Source of the DNA: Ministeria vibrans ATCC 50519
Taxonomy: Eukaryota > Protista > Filasterea
Direction: 5' to 3'
NCBI GenBank assembly: GCA_943704425.1
Contig: CALSCP010001313.1
Location: 1,308-65,307 of the forward strand
Length of the DNA: 64,000 nt
The notes below the pieces were generated by a model. That model made no database searches and was not told the DNA's origin. It was given only the letters and a program-made list of their open reading frames with translations. Of this stretch, positions 1 through 10,547 are shown one piece after another. The translations under genes and the position numbers were made by a program. How positions within the stretch are numbered: the stretch's first letter is position 1; each line of letters opens with the position of its first letter.

Positions 1-21
1 AGATGATTTGTAAGTTCAAAG

Positions 22-57
<36 letters not shown>

Positions 58-65
58 TAGTCTAC

Positions 66-141
66 TTGCTGCGGCCGGAGCAGCCAGACGCGAGGCGGCA
101 ACAGAAGTGAGGCTACGGATTTTTCCCAATGAAGAAAGCAT
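66..141 (-). CDS. Probable first exon of a mitochondrially targeted protein (continues off the window's left edge)
   Basis: ATG at 141 gives MLSSLGKIRSLTSVAASRLAAPAAA (S/R/A-rich, no acidic residues, presequence-like), followed by a GT donor and a poly-T intron. Confidence 0.4.
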
Positions 142-264
142 ATTTTCAAATTTCAAAAGAAAAAAAAAAAAGATCGACCATAGAAGTTAAAGAAAATGAA
201 AACAGAAGTGGTGCAATTGTATTTGAGAGGGTGTGTGGGTGTGGGTGCGTGTGTGGGGGGTGGG

Positions 265-3200
265 TCACCAGTTGGTAAACTGCGTAATGTCAACATTCCA
301 TCCGCTGGCAGCGTCACTGGCTGCTGCGGGAGACGCTTTCGATGCGGTTGGCTTGGGCGGTGGAGCCCCTCGACTTGACGACGGTTTGTTGGAAGCGTCA
401 GGTTTGGAAGGGGGCTTCTTTGGCGCCGCCTTGGACGACGATGATACTGAAGGGGTTGCCTTCGGCGTACTACTGCTCGCGGGCTTGCTTGGTCTCGAAA
501 CGGGCGCTTCGCTGCTCGACGATTTGGGCGCGGTACTCACGGGTTTCTTGGAGGGACGGGTTGGCGCGGCCGCCGGTGCCTCTGGACGATGTTTGGCGCT
601 GGGAGCGGCAGCGCGGCGTTGCTCGAGTGTCATTTTCTCCGGGGCGGGATGGACAGGAATGATGCGGGTCTCGGGGCGTGGAGGAGCGCGCGAGAGAGCC
701 GTCGGAGCGGAAGGAACGGCGGGGGGGGCAGCCCGACTGGCATTGGCTGTGGTGCCGGGTCGTGGGGCCGGGCGAGGCGTGGATGCCACAGTGGGTGAAG
801 GGGTGGTTGCCACAACTTCCGAGTAGGAACGACGCTTCTTCATCTGCTCCTTACTCTGCTTCTTGGCGGGTCGTGTTGGTACAGTCGCACTGGAACTGGC
901 AGCCGCAGTCGTACTGGAGTCGGGCGCAATGCCCATTTGAGCCCACTGCGAGGCGAGTTTGGAGGCCATGTCGTCCTCGGCGGGCGTAGGGGTGGGCGTG
1001 GGCTTGGGCTTCGGAGCAGGGCGTGGTGAATTGGCTGTGGGTACTGCTGCATCGGCGAGCATGACGCTATCAGTTCGCGGCGTGAGCGTGGGCTTGGGCC
1101 GAGATGCTGGTCGCTTGGCTGGGCGTTTGGCCACAGGTGCGCTTTGCTCTTCTGGCACAGCAGCCACTGGCTCGGGCATAGTCGGCGCCGCAGTGGCCAT
1201 GGTCAACTGGATCCACTGCCCTGCGCCATCGTAGTAACCCGTAGACCCGTCCTCTGCCGTCTGGATCCAGTTCCCCATCTCGTCGTAGTAGCCTGTCTAC
1301 AAAGCAAAAAAAGGACAATGAATAATAAAAAAAACATCGTCTCTCCCAAAAGCTCTTATACCATAAGTGCTTCAGCGTTCGCGGCGGGGTTGGCTGCGGC
1401 GGCCGATTGCTCTTCCATCCACTTCTGATACGCCTCCTCAGGTGACAGAGTGGGTTCAGCAACAGCAGCAGCAGCAACAGCAGCAGCAGCTGGAGTGGGC
1501 GCAGTGGGCGCACGACCACGCGACGTCGCTGTTCCTGCATCGCCATTGGAGTGTGACGACGGAGCCGTGGGCGCTCGTCTTCTACCGCTCTCGGCGCCTG
1601 TGCCTGCACTGGGCGCCTGAGGGGCTTCGCGTCGTTTCTTTTCAGGTGCAACAGCGGGACGTTCGGGCCCCACCTCACTCTCGACGGTGATGATGGCCTC
1701 CATGGCCACGCGCTTGAGGTAGGTGGACGGCGCCCAGCCAATTTTGTTGCGGATACGCACAAGCCACCAGCCATTGGCGTGCTTCTCCAGCACTTCCACC
1801 TCCTGGCCCTTGCCAAAAGTGATTTCGTCCTCGCGAACCCCCGTGTACTCGGCCGTCGTCATGTACTTCTCGTCCTGGTACATGCTCGGCTGCGTTGGAT
1901 CCCACACACGCCCCTGTCCATGCTCTCCACCGTCGTCCCCCTCCACATTCAGCCGCACCATCCCGTCCATCAGAGGCGGTGCGCTCTCGGCAATCTTCTT
2001 GAGAAACGTCGCAGGAGCCCAGCCCTTCTCTTCGCCCACCACAACAAACCACCAGCCATTGGGATCCTTCTCAATCACCTCCACCTCGTCGCCCTTTTCC
2101 AGCGACAGCTCTGTTTTGTTTTGTCGCTTGTAGTCTGCCACTGCCTCGTACTGCTCCAGTGCCATTGGCCCGGATACATGCATCTCCCGCCCAAACTCCT
2201 CCTCGTCGTCGTCCACCAGCGCCTGAACAAAGAAAAATGAGAATGAGAAGGGTTATTCGTATTTCTTCATTCCGTTTTTTGTTTCCTATTGTGAACACAC
2301 ACCTTTTTCACTTTGGTGACGACGCCCGAGACAGTCTCTGTGACTGACTTGGCCTCAGGCTTGCGCAGGTACTCTTCTTCTGACAGAGGATTCAGGTCCT
2401 CATCCGTCGACTCGAAAAAGGAGTGTACAAAATCGGATTGGGACACCTACACACAGAGAGAGGAGGAATAACAGGTAGTGAGAAGGGAGAACAAAGAGAG
2501 AGAGAAAGGAGGTCGAAAGAAATAAAGTGGTAGAGGGAGGGGAGAAAGAAAACAGTTACAGAGAGAGAAGGAGGAACACATACGGAGATAGATAAATTGA
2601 TAGAGTTTGAGAGAAAGAGAGAAAGAGTTTGAGAGAGTTTGAGAGAGAGAGAAAGAGTTTGAGAGAGAGAGAAAGAGTTTGAGAGAGAGAGAGACAGAGA
2701 GAAAGAGTTTGAGAGAGAGAGAGAAAGAGTTTGAGAGAGAGAAAGAGTTTGTGTGTGTGCGAGAGAGAGAAGTGATAGAGAGACAAAATGATAGTGATAA
2801 AGTGATAGAGACAAAGTGATGGTGACAAAGTGATAATAACAAAGAGAGAGAAAGAGAACAAAACGAGAATGAATAATAATATTATTTTTGGGTACGCTTT
2901 GGGGTAAGGCAAAGAGTGCGTCCAGATAGTAGGCGATTCCTTCAATTCGCGCTTCCGCCACCTTGCGCACATGCGAGCGACCAATAAGTTTCTTTCCCGG
3001 CAAGAAGGGAATCGACCGGCGACCGCCATCCGCCCCAGCTTCGACCGGGAACTTGTTGAGCAGCCCAACCTGCACATTGTGCGTATTGCGCAGCCCAGAG
3101 AGCAATAATCAAGTATTAGTCCGTTTCAAGTGAGTGAACAGTCGCATTCTCTTCGAGTGGTATCAACCAGGAGTCGGTGACGCAAGGAAAAAATCCCCAG

Positions 3201-3471
3201 AATCAAACCGATAAAAGAGAAAGAAAAAAGAAAAAAAAGAAAAAAAAGTTGACTAACCTGAAATTCGAAAAAGGCACTATATCTGCGATACACTTGAGCA
3301 ATGGTGCCGTCGGACCAGTCCACCTCTAGTACATACGTCTATGGGGCGAGAAGAATCAGAAGAGCGAGTGGAAAGGGTGCAAACAGGGCAGTTCACACGT
3401 ACGTAGTGCTTCTTGGGCACACGGCGCTTTTGAATGTCTCGCAGGAACACCTGACGAATAAATCGTCCCAT
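265..3471 (-). CDS. PX-SH3-SH3 adaptor, Tks4/Tks5 (SH3PXD2)/p47phox family, with long Pro/Ser-rich tail; multi-exon
   Basis: PX exons KRRVPKKHYV / WSDGTIAQVYRRYSAFFEFQ / LLNKFPVEAG..IPFLPGK..RSHVRKVA; two SH3 domains (PMALEQYEAVADY..GWW..GWAPATFL and EKYMTTAEY..GWW..GWAPSTYL). Confidence 0.85.
2600..2850. repeat. Intronic compound microsatellite: (GA)n-AAGAGTTT units followed by ACAAAGTGAT units
   Basis: Read directly from the sequence. Confidence 0.85.
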
Positions 3472-3602
3472 GACGGACGGAGAAGCCGGGGAGACGGATG
3501 GAAAATAAAAATGAACAAAATCTGATGGAGAAGTGAGAACACATCACAGATCACTCCACAATTATTTACAAGTAAGTAATAAGCAGTCACAAAGAACTTT
3601 TT

Positions 3603-4650
3603 ATGTCTACTCTGCGTCCCTCCGTTGTTGTGCATGGTGGCGCATGGGACATTCCTGATGAAGCAGTCGACGACCATTTGAATGGAGGTAGCGAACTTTG
3701 GCATTCCATTTGAACGATGTTCCCTCTCACTGCCCCACTGTCACCCCCAGTGAAAATTGCGTGTGATCGAGCTTGGGAGATTGTTTCGGCAGGAGGCACT
3801 GCATTGGATGCGGTGGAGGCAGCAGTAAGACTCTTGGAAGGTACGACAAGAACCCAAAATCATTGTGTTTGACTGACAACAATGTAACGTGCAGACGATC
3901 CCACCTTTGATGCGGGGCGTGGGTCGTTTCTGACGAGTGCACAGGAGGTTGAAATGGATGCTGTCATTGCGACGGACGCGTGGCGTGTGGGCAGCGTGTG
4001 TGGTTTGCAGAATATCGCGAATCCCATCTCAGTGGCTCGTCGCGTCATGGAGAATACCAAAGAAGTGGTGCTGGTGGGCGCGGGAGCGAAGAGCTTTGCC
4101 CTTTCCGAGGGCTTTGTCGAAGTCCCGACCGCCGAGCTGCTGGTGGGTCGGGAACTGGAGCGATTCCTTGCTATTGAGGGTCGTGCGTCGTCCTTTGATG
4201 CGAAAGGGGCCTTTGGAAAGTACGAGAAGGTGAAGACGCCTGGAATGGGCACTGTCGGCTGTGTGGCACGCGACCAGCATGGCCAAGTGGCTGTGGCCGT
4301 TTCGACGGGAGGAACGCCCTTCAAGCGACCCGGGCGTGTGGGCGACACACCACTGTGGGGAGCTGGGGGTTACGCGGATGCCGGGAGTGGCGCAGCGGCG
4401 ACAGGCTATGGCGAAGATTTGCTCAAGATGCACGCGACCAAGACAGCTGTGGATGCAAATGTGCATTTGGGAATGGGTGCGCAGGCGGCCGTAGAGCATG
4501 CAATAGCGCTGCTGGATCGGCGTCTGTCGGGTCTAGGGGGACTGATCATGTTGGGACGCGACGGAGACTTAGGGATGGCCTTCAACACGCCGCGCATGGC
4601 TCGTGCGGTACGACCCACCACTGTCGTGTCCTCTGTCTTTTTGACATGTT

Positions 4651-4696
<46 letters not shown>

Positions 4697-4753
4697 ACGT
4701 TGCAGTGGAGGACCAACGATGAGGGTGAGTCGAGTGCGCGTATTGAAAAGTAA
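3603..4753 (+). CDS. ASRGL1: Isoaspartyl peptidase/L-asparaginase (Ntn hydrolase), multi-exon
   Basis: MSTLRPSVVVHGGAWDIP, EMDAVI, NPISVARRVME, GTVGCVA (catalytic Thr), STGG, GRVGDTP, TGYGE, FNTPRMAR; last exon WRTNDEGESSARIEK*. Confidence 0.88.
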
Positions 4754-4794
4754 ATATTGTTGTTTTGTACAAAGGAGATGTTTGTTTCATTTAA

Positions 4795-7519
4795 TTAGAC
4801 GAGTGAGAAAGAGGGCTTGATGTTCATGACAATGCCTCCGTCGTCGTAATCTTCGTCTTCTTCTGAGTCAGAACTACCAGCCATGAACGTGACTGGGGTA
4901 CGGTGGGAGGTTGAGACAGGAGGGGAAGTGGGATCGGTGATTGTGGGGCTGATGAGGGCTACGTTGGATGCAGATGCGGATACTGGTGCGGATACTGGCG
5001 CGGATACAGGTGCGGATACAGGTGCGGGTGCAGATGCAGAGGGTGCAGGTGCAGAGGATGCAGGCACATCGGTGGCGCTGACCACAATACACGTAACCTG
5101 TTCCGACGAGTGCAGTCCTGACGCGTCTGTGGCGTCTGTCGTAGCAGTCGTAACTGTTGTCGTAGTGACTGTTCGTGTGTCGGGAGTTGCGCCCGCATTG
5201 CTCGCCACGCCACCAACCCCAGACCCTACGCCTGCTGCATCTGCTGCTGTTGTTGTAGCTGTCACTGTCGTGGTGGTGGACGCAAGGGGTGCACGAGGGG
5301 TGGCAGAGATGCGTGTCGCCATGGTTGAGTTGCGACGCATTGAGCTCATGCTGACGACGCTGCCAGAGCGCGTAAAGCGGTCTTTGATTGTACGGAAGTT
5401 CTCCGTCAGTTTCTGCGTAAGGGATCGTGATGAGGCAGAGGGACGTACTATAATAAGCGAATAATAAAAACAAGAACGAAAAAAGAGGAGGGTGAGCAGA
5501 GAAAGAGCGCGCAATGGGTTTGTAAGGAAACCAAAAGAACGTACAGTGGTCCGCTTTGAGTTTGTTTGCGAGCAGACACTGTTTGAGGCAATGTACATCG
5601 GAGGGCGCAAACGAGTTGCCTGTACACTCAAACGTCGTCAAGTGTGTGTTGCGCAGCATAGCCAGTGCTACTGCATTTCCTGTCTTTCGGCTCAACTAAA
5701 ACCGAGCGATTTGAGTCAGTTGAAATGTAGATCTTTAAAACTCTTTTCGTTTCTCCCTCCCGTTTTGTCTATTCGTCTCTTAGATATTAACTATCTCTAT
5801 ATATCACGTTCTTTCTTCCTCCCTCATTTCCCTCCCTCTCTTCACTTGTCTCTTCCTCCCAAATTTCCCTCTCTCACTATCAATTTGTTTCTTCTTCCCT
5901 CATTTCCCTCTCTCACTATCACTTTGTTTCTTCTTCCCTCATCTTTCTCTCTCTCTCTCTCTATCACTTTGTTTCTTCTTCCCTCATCTTTTTCTCTCTC
6001 TTTCTCTATCACTTTGTTTCTTCTTCCCTCATCTTTTTCTCTCTCTCTCTATCACTTTGTATCTTTCAACCTCTTTTTTCTCTCTTGCGCTTACTTGGTT
6101 CCCACTGACGTTAAGAGACAAGAGGGCAGTGTCGCCGGAGACAAGGTCAAGCAGGGCAGGGGCAGTGCTGTCGGTAAGGACGCAGTAGGCGAGGTTGACG
6201 GCGACCAGACTGCGGCTTTTGGCGATGGCCTGCAGGATGAGCGCACCCGTGTGCCCAATGAGGTTGTAGCGAAAGTCGACGTGCAACAGCGAAGTGCTGT
6301 CCTCGATAGCGACTGCAAGTGCCCGTGCGCCTAACAGCCCCGCCGAATTCATGCCAATGTCAATGTGTGTGAGAGACGGGTGGCGCGCAACGACGCGCAG
6401 CAGTGTCACGACGCCCTGGTGGCCCGCACAGTGGTTCAGGTTGAGCCGCCGGATCGCCGCGTTGGTCGCCAGGCCCTGTGCAATCACCCGGAACCCCCCG
6501 TCGCGGCCCAGAGGGTTCTTGGCCAAGTTAAGCGTGTGCAGGGTGCGGTTGTGACGCAGGACGTCGGCCACAAGGGAGCAGTACGACTTGCCCATCTGCG
6601 CATGATTGAACGTGAAGCGCGTCAGAGTCGTGTTGCTTGCGAGCGCACGCAGCACCGCCACCACGCCCGCGTGTTGCTTAGTATTCTCGCCTAAACGCGC
6701 TGTTGGGCCAATGGGCGTGCGAGCCATGCTCACGTCGAGGTAGCGCAGCGGCAGCGACGGGTTCTTCAGCAGAAGGTCTGCGACTTGACGGTATACACCT
6801 TCGCTGTGAGCGTGGACCCAGATGGAGCTGAGGTTGACGCGCGTGAGCGACTCGGATGACACGACTATGTCAAGAATAAGCATGGCTGAGCGCATCATGA
6901 GCTCGCCCGTCTCGAGCAGTGTTTGCCCAATCACTCGGTTGTCGCTTAGGTCCAGCTGGGACAAATCCAATTTTTTGCTCATTGTCTCCTTGAGGTGTCG
7001 CAGCGCCGCATGCACCGACGGAGGATTGAGACATTGGAGGGAGCCGTGTAAGGCAAGGCCAGTCACGGGCGGCGAACGTTCGCACAGAATTTGTAGACAA
7101 GAGTCAAAGTGAGCCGTTTTGCGAAACTTGACACATCGAAATGAAACGTGAGTCTACACAGAAACAACAGGCTCAGCAGGGATGGCGTGCTAGGAAGAAA
7201 GAACGTACGGTACAGAGGGTGTCGCGACAGAGGGCGCCGTCGTAACGACAGGCGTCGAGCCAACGATAGACAAAAGGACTCGGCTTGAGATGGTTCTGCA
7301 GAATCAAGTTCAGTACGCACAATTGATCATGTCGTTGCCTGAAAAGAACACATACTTCTTCACAGCGAGCATCATAGGCATTGAGCCACCACGCGAGCCA
7401 TTCAAGTTCTTCGGCAGTCGGTGGAGTGAGCGAGAGCTGTACACGTTTTTGTAACATGTTAGGTTTCAAGCAGAAAACAAGAGACGGGCGCTTACCGTTC
7501 GCGAGTAGTTAGCGCCCAT
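4795..7519 (-). CDS. RNI-like leucine-rich-repeat protein with low-complexity C-terminus, multi-exon
   Basis: Repeated LxxLxLxxNxxGxxG units (LHTLNLAKNPLGRDG, LLHVDFRYNLIGHTG) in ORF 6029-7066; predicted first exon MGANYSRT with GTAAG donor. Confidence 0.7.
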
Positions 7520-7754
7520 ATTTCATGAACTACAAGCCGATTTAGCCGAACGAGACCAATTAACAAATATAACGGTGAAAAAAAAAAATGACGGGACGAG
7601 TCATGACTCATGACACCATATCACAACTCTAATCTAACAACACGAATCATACATTTCATATCAGACATAAGTCCGAAGTCCGGAAGTCGTAATAGTTTAT
7701 TAATTATTTTCTTATTGCTTTTTTCTCTTGTGACACCCCCTTCACTTGACGACG

Positions 7755-9267
7755 ATGCGCGGCCAGCAATCGTCGATTGCCATTGTGTGTGCAATGTTTT
7801 TCGTTGTGTACCTGTTGTATTCCCAACCGCACTCCTCCGCACCAATCTCGCACACCGCTGATCTGGTAAACTACGGGTCCTAATACTCCCACGCAGACAC
7901 ACGCATGCACACACCGTCCATCATCCTTTTGGTCGCCTCCTTCCTCCCTTCGCGCTCCTTCGTCTGATTCTTTTTTCTTGTGTGTGTGTGTGTGTGTGTG
8001 TGCAGCCAAGAGAAGCACCGGCTGCTGTTGTAGCAGCACCGCCGCCACCCGTCGCAATACCCGTTGTCCAACCACTGCCAGTGGCTGCAGCACCTCCGGC
8101 GGCGGCAGTCGCAGCACCGGCCGGCAAGCCGGAGGAGGCGTCGTCAACAGAGCCGTCGCATTTTGTGGGCGAAACGGAAACAACGCGAGCACGTATTGCG
8201 CCCAATGCGCTGAATGGGTATCGGGGCGAGCAGAGCCAGAACCGCTGGAAAGTGATGCAGCCGGTGATGGAGAAGGAGCGAGGCGCGGGAACCATCATTG
8301 ACTATGGCGCGGCATTTGGGTTCTTCTCGATGCTTGCGGCCGACCTCAACCGCGTGACGACGCCCTGGGTGTTGAGCGTCGACGATCAGCGACAGAACCG
8401 CGGTCTTGAGTATCACAGCTCTAAGATTGCTGAGTACGAACTGCAACACTGCCTGCTGTGCAATTGCCAGTTCTCCATCCAGCTCATCGACGAGTTTGTA
8501 CGTCGCGGCGTCATGTTTCACATCCAATTTGTCCTGTCCATCTTTCACTGGCTCCCCATCCGTGACGAGGTAAGCACCAATCATTTTTATCAAAGAGAGA
8601 GATGAAACAAGGAGACTGAACGGGACTGGGTGTAGAATCATCACAAGGAGGTGCTGGGTAAGCTGCTGTCGCTGTCGCCCGTCTCGTTCATCGAACTGCC
8701 ACACCGCCTGGAAGGGCCCGGTGACCAGCGCATCTGGTACGGCAGCCGCAGAGAGCCCGAGGAGGCGATTCGGGATGCGCTGGCGGTGCACGGGGACACA
8801 GGTACAGTAGAATTCCTGGGCCAGACCATGGCCAGCTACGAGGGAGGCAAGTGCCAGCGCGACGAAATGCGCGGCAAGGTCTGCTATCGAAAGACTTTTG
8901 TCGTGCGCAACGCATCCGCACGCGCTCGCTACGACACGCAAGCTAAAGGTACACCAGAGAGAGAGAAAGGAGGGAGAAACAAAGTGACAGGAGAGAGAGA
9001 GAGAGAGAGAGGAGAAAGAAACAAAGCGATAGAGAGAGAGAGAAAGGAGGGAGAATGAAACAAAGTGATAGAGAGAGGAGGGAGAAGATGACAGATAGAT
9101 AGAGGGAGGAGGAAGGGAAAACAGTATTGCAACGGACCAGCCCACACTTGCTTTCTCGCTCATTCTCTTTTTCTCTTGTAGGAAAGGAAGCTGAGATGGC
9201 CAAGAAGGCGATTGATGTGCTCAAGTGCACTGGATCCAACCTCTTCTATGGACTCCTTCCCACCTGA
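7755..9267 (+). CDS. Type II membrane class I SAM-dependent methyltransferase (WbdD-MTase-like); exons 7755-7865, 8006-8569, 8636-8948, 9182-9267
   Basis: N-terminal signal anchor SIAIVCAMFFVVYLLY, Pro/Ala-rich stem, motif I IIDYGAAFGFFS, acidic motif II VLSVDD, VLSIFHW, SFIELP. Confidence 0.72.
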
Positions 9268-9491
9268 ATGCGTTCTTACTCTCCTTTTGTCATACTATTT
9301 CTTGCACGCACGCACACACACACCCACCCACACATACAGACATCTGAGTGTGCTCTCCCTCTCTTTCTATCACTTTGTTTCTTTCCCTCTCCTCTCCCTC
9401 TCTCTCGTTCTTTCTTTTTCAGTCCTGCCTCAATTGTGACACTATTGATACAGTCTAATTTTAATTTTTGATACAGTCAGCCTCAGCTGAG

Positions 9492-10460
9492 TTACGTTGC
9501 ATGGCGTGGGATGAGTGCCTCGAGATCACTGCGGTCGGGCACAGTGCCGTGCTGCGCCGAGTTCACCAGCGCCTGTACTTGCTGAGCATACTCATCAGGC
9601 GCCTTCCACAGGATCGCCTTGAGGTTTTGTCCGTAGTAGTACGTGTTGAACTCTTCGCGGTAGTTTGCGTCGGGACGGTAGTACGGCTTGCCGCGATGGT
9701 TGGCGGGGTCACCACACTTGCCTGCCTTCGATCCCATGTCCGCCAAATCGTCTACATCGCTAATCATCCACGAGCCGTCATCGCGAATTGCATAGTTTTT
9801 CGCATAGCCATCGCACAGAATGAGCTTATTGCTATTGAGAAACAAAAGTGCGTCGAGTAACAGTAGCGCCGTTTGCACCTGTGCCGGCCAGGGATCCGGC
9901 ATGCTATCCATCCAGGCGTTGTACTGGTCGGCGTGCAGTGGTCGCGTCGTTTCCAGCAGTGTTGCAAAGAGCCCTTCGCCTTCCATGCAGGATCCAACAA
10001 AGGTATACACTCGCTTTGTCCATGCGTATTTTTGCAGTGCCTCGATCGAATGGCGAAAGAACGTCTCCTTGTAGCGTGCCTGCTTCGGGCGAGACAAAGC
10101 AACGAGATGACCACCTGCCATTCCCACGGTGATCTTCTTCACGGACTGGCCGCCAAGATCGTACCAATCCTGAGCCTGATCGAGTTCAGCGCAACCCAGC
10201 ATTGTCTGTATTGCCAGAGGGGCCACTGCCGGTGGCTCTGGAGGGAAAAAAGAAGACGTCACGTCTGATACCGACGGTACAGGTGGTCCAGGCAATGGAG
10301 ATGGAGGAGGAGGAGGAGGAGGAGGTGGAGGTGGAGGTGGAGGTGGCGATACACGTGCTGGCGGGCACACTTCACACTTGAATGAAGTCGTGTACCACAC
10401 GTTGGCAAAGGTCACCACCAGGGCGAACACAACAAAGAGTAAACCGGGTCGTCGAGACAT
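9492..10460 (-). CDS. Type II membrane secretory-pathway kinase, POMK (SgK196)/PKDCC-like, single exon
   Basis: TM LLFVVFALVVTFANVWY, poly-Pro stem, LGCAEL, GGQSVKK, VALS in place of VAIK, LILCD catalytic loop, SDVDDL in place of DFG. Confidence 0.72.
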   Translation of the reverse strand: MSRRPGLLFVVFALVVTFANVWYTTSFKCEVCPPARVSPPPPPPPPPPPPPPPSPLPGPPVPSVSDVTSSFFPPEPPAVAPLAIQTMLGCAELDQAQDWYDLGGQSVKKITVGMAGGHLVALSRPKQARYKETFFRHSIEALQKYAWTKRVYTFVGSCMEGEGLFATLLETTRPLHADQYNAWMDSMPDPWPAQVQTALLLLDALLFLNSNKLILCDGYAKNYAIRDDGSWMISDVDDLADMGSKAGKCGDPANHRGKPYYRPDANYREEFNTYYYGQNLKAILWKAPDEYAQQVQALVNSAQHGTVPDRSDLEALIPRHAT

Positions 10461-10547
10461 GCAAAAAAGATATGATTAAAAAATGATCGAATCATCGAAA
10501 AATTCAAAATAATTATATTTTCAAAAAATATTCAGTCCGACATGCTC

